Part shown: piece by piece, positions 36,259 to 45,296 of the stretch | How the letters are laid out: each line of letters opens with the position of its first letter | How positions within the stretch are numbered: position 1 is the stretch's first letter | Virus record (IMG/VR): IMGVR_UViG_3300008259_005066 | Location: 1 to 64,000 of that record | DNA length: 64,000 nucleotides | Strand: one strand, 5' to 3' | Position numbers and translations under genes: made by a program | The notes under the pieces: model-generated | The model's input: the letters and a program-made list of their open reading frames with translations, nothing else | The model's database searches: none | Told to the model about the DNA's origin: nothing

Positions 36259-36477
36259 TTATCTCCTACGGGTGATGCGCCCTTTGGTTAGGTCGTAGAG
36301 ACTGAACTCCATCTCTACCCTATCTCCCAGCAGGATCTTGATGTTGTGCATGCGCATCTTGCCCGAAATGATGCCCATCACAGGATTTTCGTGCCCGTCT
36401 ATTTTTACCCGGAACATGGCATTGGGTAGCACGTCAACCACAGTGCCTTCCATTTTTACGCCTTCTTCTTTAGCCAA
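36259..36477 (-). CDS. infA: Translation initiation factor IF-1
   Basis: [15 protein letters not shown]...[18 protein letters not shown]...YDLTKGRIT. Confidence 0.97.
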   Translation of the reverse strand: MAKEEGVKMEGTVVDVLPNAMFRVKIDGHENPVMGIISGKMRMHNIKILLGDRVEMEFSLYDLTKGRITRRR

Positions 36478-36772
36478 GATTGAATGTGATCCGTTTTAGA
36501 CGATCCCAGCGGAAACTGCGCCAGGCGTTTTGATTGGTATCCCAGACCACGCAGGTGTCAGGATGAGGTTTTTTTCGTGTGCTTTCATTGGTGGAATATT
36601 TAGCCCCTGCGCTCTCGGCCAGTGTGCATTCCATGCGCCTGGGGCTACCATCGGCCTTGACGAATTCCACAGTGACCACTCGTTCCTGTAGCAGGCCACG
36701 CAACCACTTTTTTAGTTGTTCTCGCTCTTCGGCATCCACTTGATCGTATTCCCAAAGTCCTTGTTCTATCAT
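36470..36772 (-). CDS. WYL_2/Sm-like SH3-fold protein
   Basis: [19 protein letters not shown]...VWD....WRSFRWD. Confidence 0.65.
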   Translation of the reverse strand: MIEQGLWEYDQVDAEEREQLKKWLRGLLQERVVTVEFVKADGSPRRMECTLAESAGAKYSTNESTRKKPHPDTCVVWDTNQNAWRSFRWDRLKRITFNLG

Positions 36773-36987
36773 CGTTGCTCCGGTAAAGTGCGGGCTGACC
36801 AACCTGTCAAAAACAACATGCGGTCCTGCTCGGTGTAAAATTTGAAATCCATGTAGTTGGCATCCAGTTCAGTGACATAACGATCGCCGGGAAGTCCAAA
36901 CACTTCGATCACGCTCTCCAAGAATCCGTCCCAACTCAGTATGGTATCTCCGGCTTGCCATTCTACTCTTGCTGGATATAGGATCAT
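36769..36987 (-). CDS. Hypothetical protein
   Basis: ATGA-coupled ORF. Confidence 0.6.
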   Translation of the reverse strand: MILYPARVEWQAGDTILSWDGFLESVIEVFGLPGDRYVTELDANYMDFKFYTEQDRMLFLTGWSARTLPEQR

Positions 36988-37073
36988 GACAAAAATATGT
37001 AAAGCGCGGCCAAGGCCAAGGGCACGACCACACAGAACAACACATAAGCGATCAACGGTCCTGGATTAGGCAT
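36984..37073 (-). CDS. 29-aa membrane peptide (missing from the ORF track)
   Basis: MPNPGPLIAYVLFCVVVPLALAALYIFLS*; coupled at both ends. Confidence 0.5.
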   Translation of the reverse strand: MPNPGPLIAYVLFCVVVPLALAALYIFLS

Positions 37074-37474
37074 TATCGTCTCATGTGAGCGATGGCTTCG
37101 GCTTCTTCGTCTGAAAAGATAGGAACTGCATTAGATTTGTGCATGGTACCTATGCCCTTGATCTTGGTGCCAGTGTAGACCTTGTCCGGCGCTTTCACTG
37201 CCGGGGTAGAATCCACACCACCATTGAGGCTGGGGATATAAGGAGTCTCGCGTCCGGGTGGCGGACCGTAGGATGGAAATTTTTTGCTCACAGTCACAGA
37301 AACTTTTTTACCGGAAAAATTAGGAGCCAGTTTGGCCCATTCCAGTTGTCGTTGCTCCCACTCGGCTTTGAGATCACGGGCTCGGCGGGCCGCATCAGCA
37401 GATGCCCACCGGCGGCGTTTGCTTTTTACTTTGCCAGTGGTGGTCAACCAAGGGCCTTCCAAGTGCATGGTCAT
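37073..37474 (-). CDS. Hypothetical phage protein
   Basis: YTGTKIKGIGTMHKSNAVPIF motif; GGAG RBS; directly behind a promoter. Confidence 0.7.
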   Translation of the reverse strand: MTMHLEGPWLTTTGKVKSKRRRWASADAARRARDLKAEWEQRQLEWAKLAPNFSGKKVSVTVSKKFPSYGPPPGRETPYIPSLNGGVDSTPAVKAPDKVYTGTKIKGIGTMHKSNAVPIFSDEEAEAIAHMRR

Positions 37475-37503
37475 TGATGACTCCAAAATGTTATCATTGT
37501 ATT

Positions 37504-37532
37504 ATTATAATACCTTTTGGATTATTGGTCAA
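37504..37532 (-). promoter_or_regulatory. Sigma70-type promoter
   Basis: TTGACC-17-TATAAT. Confidence 0.75.
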
Positions 37533-38928
37533 CCTGCTGAAAAATAGGCTCTAACCAAGGAAAAACTCGTTGCCAATTGGTTGCTCTACGCCGATCGAGT
37601 TCGGTTAAAAATTCTCGGAGCTTTATGATTTCCTCTGTGTCAAATCCTTTGCTGGCGCTTTCTTGAGCAATGCCTTGCAGATATTTTTTGATATTGATCT
37701 GCTCCGCATCATTCTCGGGCATGATCTGGATAGCTCTATTAAAATCATCCACGAAAACATCGCCTAAAATATCAACATGCATGTGCAACGGTGATTCTGC
37801 ACTGTTCATGTAATGAGATACATGGCGTATCTTTCTCCATTGATTGATGCGCTCAATAAGATCAGGCAGAGTCTTGATAGTGAGAGGAGTCAGTGTGCTA
37901 CCTACTATTAATCTAATCCAAGATTGATCAAGCAGGTATCGGAAATTTTTTTCCCAAATGTCTAGTTTGAGAGGAAAACGTGCATATTCTTGTTCAGGTC
38001 CCCAGCAATCGAGACTGGCAGTTACCACAAAAGTTTTGAGATGTTGTTTGTCAATGAGATTTTTAATTTTGCTTACCACCGCAGACACTCGAGCCGGAGT
38101 AGCATTGAGATTGGTAAAAATCTGGAACTCTAGTTCCGGCATTGGGTTGTGATCAAAAAAATCCAGACAATCATCGAGATCTTTTTGGAACAAAGGCTCG
38201 CCGCCAAGGAAATTAAAGTTGGTAAGGCTATGTCCGTGTTGCGATATCCACTCAAACATCTTGGTTTTATTTTTTGCGATATCAGGACTTTTCTTAAATG
38301 TATTCGAGATGATCAAACCATTTTTTTCAAACTTACCATGTTTTTTGTTTTCAGCATCCCATAAACTGCTGAAATGCGGACCGCAATACACACATTTCAA
38401 ATTACAGACATTGTCAAAGTAAACTTCTAATATACGAGGAGTGACTTGGATAGCAACAAGATCATCATCCAGTTCTGGCGGAGCAAACATTCCAGGCATA
38501 TCAAGATTGGTTATCCTGTCACTTTGTCCTCCGGCCGTTTCTATATCTCGACAATAACCACAACCTTTTTCGGGCCAAAATCCCTGGAGCATGCGAGATC
38601 TATCGTCCAACTTGCTAGGAGTGTTGTGAAAATCAAATACATCGATATCAAACTTGTGATGATTGGTGCGATGACAACTGGCAGTATTTTCTGTCGTAAG
38701 ATAAACTGTGCTCCAGTTCCATTTGAGTTGACAAGCTGTGGCAGTTTTTATGGGAAATGTTTTGTGTTGATATCGAGGCTGATTTCTGTAACTACCTATC
38801 ACATAACCATGAACTTGTTGACACTCATCCTGTATCCACTGTGGTAGAGATAAAAAATCTTGTTCATGGTCGCAGTCCGGCCATGATGAATCTTTTATGC
38901 TTAGATAAAATTCCTGCCAAGGCGTCAT
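37522..38928 (-). CDS. Radical SAM protein
   Basis: CNLKCVYC and FLGGEP; AT-rich. Confidence 0.9.
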   Translation of the reverse strand: MTPWQEFYLSIKDSSWPDCDHEQDFLSLPQWIQDECQQVHGYVIGSYRNQPRYQHKTFPIKTATACQLKWNWSTVYLTTENTASCHRTNHHKFDIDVFDFHNTPSKLDDRSRMLQGFWPEKGCGYCRDIETAGGQSDRITNLDMPGMFAPPELDDDLVAIQVTPRILEVYFDNVCNLKCVYCGPHFSSLWDAENKKHGKFEKNGLIISNTFKKSPDIAKNKTKMFEWISQHGHSLTNFNFLGGEPLFQKDLDDCLDFFDHNPMPELEFQIFTNLNATPARVSAVVSKIKNLIDKQHLKTFVVTASLDCWGPEQEYARFPLKLDIWEKNFRYLLDQSWIRLIVGSTLTPLTIKTLPDLIERINQWRKIRHVSHYMNSAESPLHMHVDILGDVFVDDFNRAIQIMPENDAEQINIKKYLQGIAQESASKGFDTEEIIKLREFLTELDRRRATNWQRVFPWLEPIFQQVDQ

Positions 38929-39692
38929 TCTTGATCTTTGAATTTACACACCGGAATAGCCTGCATCTTGTGTAGATTGCGAGCACGGATCTCTCGATAT
39001 CGTTTTAGATTTTTCTTGAGCTCTTTGTTATCGCACTGTATTTCGCCCTGGTCCATGCGCATGGCCACTTCAAGGTCGGCGTAGGTCATGCCTAACTGTT
39101 GTTCGTCAGTGCGACCATCTGCCCATAAACCATCAGTGGGAGCGGCATCAATGATATCTTGCAACACGCCCAGTTCACGACCCATGGCCCACACTTCAGT
39201 TTTCATGCAGTCTCCAATGGGACTGATATCCACACCACCGTCGCCATACTTGGTAAAGAACCCCACTCCAAAGTCTTCAACCTTGTTGCCTGTGCCCACA
39301 ACGATGCCGGAGTTGGCTTGCGCTAATTGATACAAGGTCATCATGCGTAATCTAGCACGACTGTTGGCATAGGCCAGTTCATCGCTGAACACACGGGTAG
39401 CATGTTCAAATTGTTCAAAGGCGGATGTGAGATCGATAACAAAGTGATCCACCAGTTCAAACGTGTCTTTCAGCCACTGTCCATGCCGCATGCTGAGATC
39501 ATGTGTGTGTTCGCTTTGCCGGATGGGCATGCTCACAGCAATGACATACAGTCCTGCACGAGCACACAGCGTGGATACCACGGCCGAATCTATGCCGCCC
39601 GATACACCCACCACCAAGGTATTGATTTTGTGTCTGGTGGCATAACTTTTAATCCACTTTGTAATGTAGTTGATACGTTGTTTTGGTGTCAT
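38925..39692 (-). CDS. nadE: NH3-dependent NAD+ synthetase
   Basis: SGGIDS, NSRARLRM, GTGNKVE, GFFTKYGDG and APTDGLW. Confidence 0.95.
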   Translation of the reverse strand: MTPKQRINYITKWIKSYATRHKINTLVVGVSGGIDSAVVSTLCARAGLYVIAVSMPIRQSEHTHDLSMRHGQWLKDTFELVDHFVIDLTSAFEQFEHATRVFSDELAYANSRARLRMMTLYQLAQANSGIVVGTGNKVEDFGVGFFTKYGDGGVDISPIGDCMKTEVWAMGRELGVLQDIIDAAPTDGLWADGRTDEQQLGMTYADLEVAMRMDQGEIQCDNKELKKNLKRYREIRARNLHKMQAIPVCKFKDQE

Positions 39693-40126
39693 TTGATTTC
39701 AGGTGGTGGCATCTTTTTCAGTGTGTCCCACATCTTTGATTTTTCTTCTATGTTGCGCACCATGTCGCGATAGCGATCGCCCAGGACCCGGAGTTCCGAC
39801 CACTCGTTTTCTAGATCTTCACGGGCATGTAGCAGGCCCAGGCGACTTTCGATGCCGTCTAAGATCTGCATGACACTGCGTCCGTTGATCTCTATGTCAG
39901 CGTTTTCGCCTGTGAGTTGTATCTTGGCTGAGTTGGGTGCTACCAACCTGGACTCGTCCAGGGTCCACTGTCCCGCAGACGTTGTGGACCACGTGTTGGG
40001 TGAAACTGTGATGGAAGGTATGGCGCCGTAATGAGGATCCCACGCAATACCAGTGGAACTCATAGAGGTGTCGCAAGAAATATTGCCTAGATCGATTGAG
40101 AAGGTGTCTTCTTTTGTATAGTCCAT
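39689..40126 (-). CDS. Hypothetical protein
   Basis: ORF in an operon. Confidence 0.6.
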   Translation of the reverse strand: MDYTKEDTFSIDLGNISCDTSMSSTGIAWDPHYGAIPSITVSPNTWSTTSAGQWTLDESRLVAPNSAKIQLTGENADIEINGRSVMQILDGIESRLGLLHAREDLENEWSELRVLGDRYRDMVRNIEEKSKMWDTLKKMPPPEIK

Positions 40127-40269
40127 GTTCCGTCCTTGTTGTCGACCCATTCCACCTCATCACCTGGCTGCCAACCCAATTGGTCGCACAGCGCCAGACC
40201 AAGGTCCAGCATCAGTTCTCCGGTGTCAGGATCTTCTACCACTTCAGCAGACCAAGTTGTCTGCGTCAT
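40087..40269 (-). CDS. AbrB/MazE-like swapped-hairpin protein
   Basis: GELMLDL...LGWQPGDEVEW pattern. Confidence 0.55.
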   Translation of the reverse strand: MTQTTWSAEVVEDPDTGELMLDLGLALCDQLGWQPGDEVEWVDNKDGTWTIQKKTPSQSI

Positions 40270-40472
40270 ATTTTCCTGGTGCAGGTAAAGGCGCTGGTTT
40301 CCACTCTAAATGAATTGGCATACTTGCAATCCAAAGCGATGTCACTGCCCTTCATATACCATCCTGCCCAATAACCAATGACCAGCACAGCCAAGACCAG
40401 CAGGGTCTTGGGTGCGGCTTTGATCATTTTATCTCGGAGTGATTTCCACTCTTCGGGAGTGAGAAAAATCAT
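40266..40472 (-). CDS. Small membrane protein
   Basis: One TM segment. Confidence 0.55.
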   Translation of the reverse strand: MIFLTPEEWKSLRDKMIKAAPKTLLVLAVLVIGYWAGWYMKGSDIALDCKYANSFRVETSAFTCTRKI

Positions 40473-40474
40473 GG

Positions 40475-41143
40475 CTATTCTCGATTACCAAACAGTTGCA
40501 ACAGGCTCACGAAGATGTTGATGAAGTTGATATATAGGCTCAATGCACCAAACCATTGCATGCGACCTATTTCCTGCTCACTGGCCGACCAGAACATGTC
40601 ACGGATGCGATTCATGTCATAGGCAGTGAGTCCCAGGAATATCAGGATGGTCAATACATTTATGGTCATCTGCAGGGCAGTGGATGCCACGAACATACCG
40701 ATCACGCTGGCGATGATCAAACCGATCACACCTGCGAACAGGAACGGACCCCAACCCGAGATGTCTCGTTTGGTGAAATATCCCCAACCCGCTAACGCAG
40801 TGAAACTCACAGTGGTGCCAACCAAGGCCTGCACTATGGATCCGGTGGTATACACAGCGAACAACAGGCTGAGGCTCAGACCCATGGCTGCCGCGAAGGC
40901 AAAGAACCACAGTTTGATACCTTGCTCAGTGAGACTGTCACCTTTCCACATGAGAAATAAACTCATCAGCAAAGGTGCGAATATGATCACGTAGCCTAGG
41001 ATACCTGAGAACAGCACAGGAACCAGGCCCATGCCAGCAACCAAGGCTGCGAATACCAAGGTAGCAAACACTCCCCCGGCCATGCGACCCAAGACTCCGG
41101 CCACTGCGGTGTTGAGACTCTGTGCGGCTGATAATGTAGACAT
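40475..41143 (-). CDS. Bax inhibitor-1/YccA family membrane protein
   Basis: About 7 TM segments; TKRDISGWG, GLTAYD and ALSLYINFINIF. Confidence 0.9.
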   Translation of the reverse strand: MSTLSAAQSLNTAVAGVLGRMAGGVFATLVFAALVAGMGLVPVLFSGILGYVIIFAPLLMSLFLMWKGDSLTEQGIKLWFFAFAAAMGLSLSLLFAVYTTGSIVQALVGTTVSFTALAGWGYFTKRDISGWGPFLFAGVIGLIIASVIGMFVASTALQMTINVLTILIFLGLTAYDMNRIRDMFWSASEQEIGRMQWFGALSLYINFINIFVSLLQLFGNRE

Positions 41144-41154
41144 AGTGATGCTCC

Positions 41155-41343
41155 TTATTTGGTAGCTGCCATGGCCTCTTTTTCAGCCGTGATTTCTTTG
41201 CGGCGTTCCTTGATGGCCTTTGACATTTCTTGCAGGGCTTTGCGGGCCCGGGCCGCGGCGGCTTTGACACCTTTGCCTGCGAACTTGTCGTTCTCGGCGA
41301 TGTAGGTTTCAAAAGCGGTTTTGATTGCGTCGTGATTGCTCAT
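41155..41343 (-). CDS. Histone H1-like (Hc1-type) basic protein
   Basis: KGVKAAAARARKALQEMSKAIKERRKEI. Confidence 0.7.
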   Translation of the reverse strand: MSNHDAIKTAFETYIAENDKFAGKGVKAAAARARKALQEMSKAIKERRKEITAEKEAMAATK

Positions 41344-41344
41344 A

Positions 41345-41515
41345 CTATTCTCCTTGTGTTTTTGCTTGTTGGCGCAAGGCATTCTGCCTGCGCACGTTGT
41401 CGTGCATCTGTTGCTTGACTGCATCGGGGTCTTGGGCCGTGGCCAGTGATCTACTGAGTGACCGATATTCGTCCAGCAATATCTTGATCTGTTCGGTAAA
41501 TTGTGCGTTGTCCAT
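41345..41515 (-). CDS. 56-aa hypothetical protein
   Basis: AAGGAG RBS; first gene behind a promoter. Confidence 0.6.
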   Translation of the reverse strand: MDNAQFTEQIKILLDEYRSLSRSLATAQDPDAVKQQMHDNVRRQNALRQQAKTQGE

Positions 41516-41535
41516 TTCAACTCCTTGCTTGCGAT

Positions 41536-41564
41536 ATTATGTATGAATGTTGCAGGGTTGTCAA
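41536..41564 (-). promoter_or_regulatory. Sigma70-type promoter
   Basis: TTGACA-17-CATAAT. Confidence 0.65.
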
Positions 41565-41574
41565 GTGGTTTTTA

Positions 41575-41856
41575 TCACCACCAGAGCACAGCCACACCAA
41601 AACCATACACATTGATGATCATGAAGTAAGCCGTGAGCAACATGGGCCAGATCAACTGGCGCCGGTAGTAGCCCCAACAGCCAGCGGCGCTACCAATAAA
41701 AAAGATTGGATAAATCAAGGCCATGTTAGGTGCCACTGCCGAAACAGCCAACCAAACGCTGGCTATCACGGTGAACACGAAACTGGTTATCTCTAAGGCA
41801 AAAGCACGGGGGTCTGAGTGCAAACTGGCACTCCAGAATTCTCGGAATCGTTGCAA
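41575..41856 (-). CDS. Small membrane protein (about 3 TM)
   Basis: Hydrophobic helices; TTG start. Confidence 0.6.
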   Translation of the reverse strand: MQRFREFWSASLHSDPRAFALEITSFVFTVIASVWLAVSAVAPNMALIYPIFFIGSAAGCWGYYRRQLIWPMLLTAYFMIINVYGFGVAVLWW

Positions 41857-42081
41857 TCAGCGGACCTCTAGGTGGCGCTTGTTCCAGCAATCCCATATGG
41901 TCACGGCACTCCAGGTCTGGGTCCAGGTCATACGGAATTTATCAAGCATGTTTTGATTATAGAGATTCAATCGGTTTTTGTCAACATGACGTTGATCCAA
42001 TCCGTGTTGTTTTGCCCAAGACAAGAGGTGCTTCTGGGCATCGGATCCACGGAAGATCACGATATAAAGTGGTTCGTTCAT
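41857..42081 (-). CDS. Hypothetical protein
   Basis: Coupled ORF. Confidence 0.55.
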   Translation of the reverse strand: MNEPLYIVIFRGSDAQKHLLSWAKQHGLDQRHVDKNRLNLYNQNMLDKFRMTWTQTWSAVTIWDCWNKRHLEVR

Positions 42082-42350
42082 CAGTGTAAAGTGCTGTCGG
42101 CTGGGCGTGTTTCAATCAACTCGCTGGTTTCGCCTTCTTCTTTTATTTTTTGTTGTATGTCCGTGATGACCATTACATCACCATCGTAGTCGGAGGCAGT
42201 TTCGCAATCTATTCCTACCAACCGCATGAGCCCACCCACGTGGATCTCGGTTATGCCATGTTCGGTAAGGACCCAACAGAGGTTTACCACCAACTCTCTT
42301 ACGGCTTCTTCGTTGAGTATTTCAAATGCCAGATCTTCTTGACGATCCAT
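42081..42350 (-). CDS. Hypothetical protein
   Basis: ORF after TAAATA (42359-42364). Confidence 0.6.
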   Translation of the reverse strand: MDRQEDLAFEILNEEAVRELVVNLCWVLTEHGITEIHVGGLMRLVGIDCETASDYDGDVMVITDIQQKIKEEGETSELIETRPADSTLH

Positions 42351-42381
42351 GGTGTAGTTATTTAATCCTTTTTGAAGTCAT

Positions 42382-42411
42382 AAAAAAAGCGGCCCTGCTG
42401 GAGCCGCTTTT
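42382..42411 (-). terminator. Intrinsic terminator, possibly bidirectional
   Basis: AAAAGCGGC-loop-GCCGCTTTT with a 7-T tail on the minus strand. Confidence 0.85.
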
Positions 42412-42429
42412 GTAGATCGCTGACAGCGA

Positions 42430-42765
42430 TTAGGCTTCGTCGGCCACAGCAGTGGTCTGCTTGGCTTTCACAGCCTTGGGCTTGGCCGCGACCTTGATCT
42501 CGCCACGCTTGGCGATCTTGGTCTTCTCAGCCAACTTGTTGGCTACTGCATAGCCAGCATCACCAGTCTGACCTTGCTCTTGCAGATACTGCAATGCCTC
42601 GAGTTTGGTCATGGCACGTGGAAGTTCCACGAGGTTGATGTTGGAGCACTTGGCCTTGGTCAAGATCTTGACGCGGGCTACCATGTCGTTGGCGAAACGA
42701 GCCTTGGTTGTGCCATCTGGGTTTGTTGCTGTGCCTGCTACAGTAAAGAGTTTTTCAGTTGCCAT
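42430..42765 (-). CDS. Hypothetical protein with K/A-rich tail
   Basis: Monocistronic between a promoter and a terminator. Confidence 0.75.
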   Translation of the reverse strand: MATEKLFTVAGTATNPDGTTKARFANDMVARVKILTKAKCSNINLVELPRAMTKLEALQYLQEQGQTGDAGYAVANKLAEKTKIAKRGEIKVAAKPKAVKAKQTTAVADEA

Positions 42766-42841
42766 AATAAAATTGCCTTTCTAAGTTGCCTAAAGTTGAA
42801 TTTAAATTAAACTTGATATGCCAATTTCTTAGCATACCCAT

Positions 42842-42870
42842 ATTTTAGCAAGATTCCGATTTTGTGTCAA
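42842..42870 (-). promoter_or_regulatory. Sigma70-type promoter
   Basis: TTGACA-17-TAAAAT. Confidence 0.7.
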
Positions 42871-43183
42871 CCGGTTTCTGCTTCTTTGATTTGCCCATTT
42901 TGCCGGATTTTGGGCCAGCAGTTTGGGCAAGTTCAAAGTCTCGGACCTGTGCCCTGAGCCCATGCAGGCCACGACACACGGTTTCATAGGTGCGGAAGGT
43001 GCGCTCAAAACGGTTGGCATAGACCTGTCGGTAGGCTGTCAGTGCCTCTACCATTTCGGCCTGGTCCATGTGTCCGCTTTGGAGATCTTCCACGATCTCT
43101 CTGATGTCATCCACGATGTTCCAGCATCGCAGGATCTGTTGTTCTAGATCAAAGTTGGCGTCAGTCAAAGGGTCAAGACTCAT
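42845..43183 (-). CDS. Hypothetical protein
   Basis: Coupled ORF. Confidence 0.6.
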   Translation of the reverse strand: MSLDPLTDANFDLEQQILRCWNIVDDIREIVEDLQSGHMDQAEMVEALTAYRQVYANRFERTFRTYETVCRGLHGLRAQVRDFELAQTAGPKSGKMGKSKKQKPVDTKSESC

Positions 43184-43305
43184 TTGGTAAGTTCCTCGGT
43201 TTGGGTTTTCACTGCTTCTACTCCACGGTCCAGCATGCGAGCCACACCGCTGAAACCAGCAGTGGCGATCACGATGCCTACCACGATACCTATCAAGAAT
43301 TGCAT
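43180..43305 (-). CDS. 41-aa membrane peptide (missing from the ORF track)
   Basis: AGGAG RBS; MQFLIGIVVGIVIATAGFSGVARMLD... Confidence 0.65.
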   Translation of the reverse strand: MQFLIGIVVGIVIATAGFSGVARMLDRGVEAVKTQTEELTK

Positions 43306-43314
43306 ACGGTCTCC

Positions 43315-44025
43315 TTATGCCAAACGCACACGATTGAGTTGGGTGGCATCCGGTCTGTGTGCTTTCACGGTGCCACGGAAATCGATCTCACTGTCCACTG
43401 CCAGGCGCTCTCTGTAACTGAAGAACACCATGTGATTGGTATCAGTCTTGGCAGTGACGAAGTAGACATTGTAATTGGTGCTGTAGACCACGCGGATCAC
43501 TCGGGCATGTCCCGATACCTTGGCACCCACGTCAGCCAACGGAGCCCGGTTCACATCGTCCATCACGGCTTCGATGCGTGTGCCTTCACGGAATGCACGG
43601 ATCTGGCTGGTCACAAGAGCGATTTCATAGCGATCTGCACCGGTCTGGAATTCAGTGATGTCAACCACTGAGGTCAAAGAACGATCGAAATCTGACATAG
43701 ATCCTTTGAGACCTTTGATAATCAGATTCTTGCGGACATAATCCAAAGCGGCACGACCGGTATCACGATCTGCGTCAGTGATCAGGGAGTTGTCGCGGAT
43801 GGCCGCCCACATGTGGACCTTGTTGGGCTGGCGCACCACTTCGTCAGTGATGGTGCCATCTTCGCGCACACGATATTCGGGCTCCTTGCGATACTCACCA
43901 CCGTTGACCCTGTCCGCATGAGCCGCGGCACCCCATACTGTTTCAGCTGATACCACTGCATCAGCGGGCTGTTGGCGAGGTTTGCGGCTACGGGCTGTCA
44001 TTGGGCGGAAATAAGTTCTATACAT
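43315..44025 (-). CDS. Hypothetical protein with a C-terminal OB-fold-like domain
   Basis: GAKVSG...F-x-GTVKAH...TQLNRV; GGAG RBS. Confidence 0.65.
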   Translation of the reverse strand: MYRTYFRPMTARSRKPRQQPADAVVSAETVWGAAAHADRVNGGEYRKEPEYRVREDGTITDEVVRQPNKVHMWAAIRDNSLITDADRDTGRAALDYVRKNLIIKGLKGSMSDFDRSLTSVVDITEFQTGADRYEIALVTSQIRAFREGTRIEAVMDDVNRAPLADVGAKVSGHARVIRVVYSTNYNVYFVTAKTDTNHMVFFSYRERLAVDSEIDFRGTVKAHRPDATQLNRVRLA

Positions 44026-44054
44026 AAGTGGCTCCAATCATTTACTATACCTAT

Positions 44055-44084
44055 ATTATAACCGAAAATGCCATTTCTGGTCAA
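44055..44084 (-). promoter_or_regulatory. Sigma70-type early promoter
   Basis: TTGACC-18-TATAAT. Confidence 0.75.
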
Positions 44085-44101
44085 CCACCCTAAAATCGCT
44101 A

Positions 44102-44119
44102 TGTTAGTGCGCACTTACC
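44102..44119. promoter_or_regulatory. 18-bp palindromic box, copy 1
   Basis: TGTTAGTGCGCACTTACC. Confidence 0.75.
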
Positions 44120-44124
44120 TAGTT

Positions 44125-44346
44125 CTAGCACCCTGCGTCCTGCGGTGGGCGCATGATGCTCCGGATTTCTGGAGAAATATACTGCGGGCGATTCTTGTGT
44201 CGGCGATACTGAGTGCGCAAGAACCATCGATACTGGCGCCAGTATTCCGTCATGGAATAAGGTGGTTCACCATAAGCATCATGCTCTTCGCAATTGGCCA
44301 ACCACATGTGGCGCAACCAAAGTCTGAAATCGGTTTCTTTTACCAT
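44125..44346 (-). CDS. Hypothetical protein
   Basis: Coupled ORF. Confidence 0.55.
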   Translation of the reverse strand: MVKETDFRLWLRHMWLANCEEHDAYGEPPYSMTEYWRQYRWFLRTQYRRHKNRPQYISPEIRSIMRPPQDAGC

Positions 44347-44750
44347 GATGAATTGTAGAATACTTTGAGACCCATGAACAATTCCGCACGGGCGTTTTTG
44401 ATAAACTCTAAGTCATCGTTGTAGTAGTCAGCATCGGAGTTGTTGCCGAAGAAGAAACCTTGTGTCTGGGGCAGTTCGCCATTCCGCACATCGTATTCCA
44501 GGCGTTCCAGCATGTCCCAGGTGATCTCCAGTTCATCACCATTGAACGAACCTTCGTTGCCCAGGCTTTCCCATTCGGCCCGAAACCAGCCGTGTAGGTT
44601 GGGATGCTTGCGCCAGTAGGCGATCTCTCTGGGTCGGGCCACGGTCTTGCTCTCATATTCGTTGCTACCTTGGGCCAACTCAGCCGTGTCCCAGAATTCT
44701 TTTTGTTGTCCAGCGCGGGCGGCCGCGTAAGCATACATGTCTAGACCCAT
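44340..44750 (-). CDS. Hypothetical phage protein
   Basis: MGLDMY...EIAYWRKHPNLHGW motif. Confidence 0.7.
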   Translation of the reverse strand: MGLDMYAYAAARAGQQKEFWDTAELAQGSNEYESKTVARPREIAYWRKHPNLHGWFRAEWESLGNEGSFNGDELEITWDMLERLEYDVRNGELPQTQGFFFGNNSDADYYNDDLEFIKNARAELFMGLKVFYNSSW

Positions 44751-44947
44751 TATCTCGTCCTCCGGTCATTGATTATTGGTGTGAAACGTTCTAAGAAACT
44801 TTCTATATAACATGAATGTTCATGACATTCAGGGCACTCCTGGTCACGATAATGCACCCAGGTGTGTCCATCTACATCTACCACATGGAGCACCACGAAT
44901 TCTTTGCCGTCGCTACTGCTCCACAGACTTCCTTGTTTCACTTGCAT
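44750..44947 (-). CDS. Hypothetical protein
   Basis: GGAG RBS; coupled ORF. Confidence 0.55.
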   Translation of the reverse strand: MQVKQGSLWSSSDGKEFVVLHVVDVDGHTWVHYRDQECPECHEHSCYIESFLERFTPIINDRRTR

Positions 44948-44956
44948 ATCTTCTCC

Positions 44957-45295
44957 TTACCTAATCTTTATTGTATCCTCTCTCGCTCGATCTGAATAAA
45001 ATTTATGACCAATCCTCCGCACAGTATCGGCCATCTGTTGTGGAGCATCTTCGAATGCCTGAGTGATATCTTCCACAGTGATGTCATCCTCTATTTCCAA
45101 GAGATAGATCTCGTAGTGCCTTTGCGTGTTGGCCTGGGCTCGTAAACGCCAGTGCATGAGGTTGGGCTCGGTTCGCACTTTGGTCAGATCCTGGCCTTTC
45201 AGTGCGGCCCACATCCTTTGCTGATTGATGTCAGTGACATTCACAGCGGCCTCCAAGCCCAGACAATCCCACATCAGCGCCACGGTCTTGCTCAT
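44957..45295 (-). CDS. Hypothetical protein
   Basis: Packed ORF. Confidence 0.6.
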   Translation of the reverse strand: MSKTVALMWDCLGLEAAVNVTDINQQRMWAALKGQDLTKVRTEPNLMHWRLRAQANTQRHYEIYLLEIEDDITVEDITQAFEDAPQQMADTVRRIGHKFYSDRAREDTIKIR

Positions 45296-45296
45296 A

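Noticed and set aside
34551-36363. Insertion sequence or prophage with target-site duplication
   Set aside because: There is no transposase, integrase or terminal inverted repeat, and the two repeat copies are synonymously diverged rather than identical.
42755-42835. Upstream ORF starting ATGCTAAGAAAT before the 42430-42765 gene
   Set aside because: It is out of frame with the gene, and the sequence is part of a repeated promoter cassette also found at 59292.
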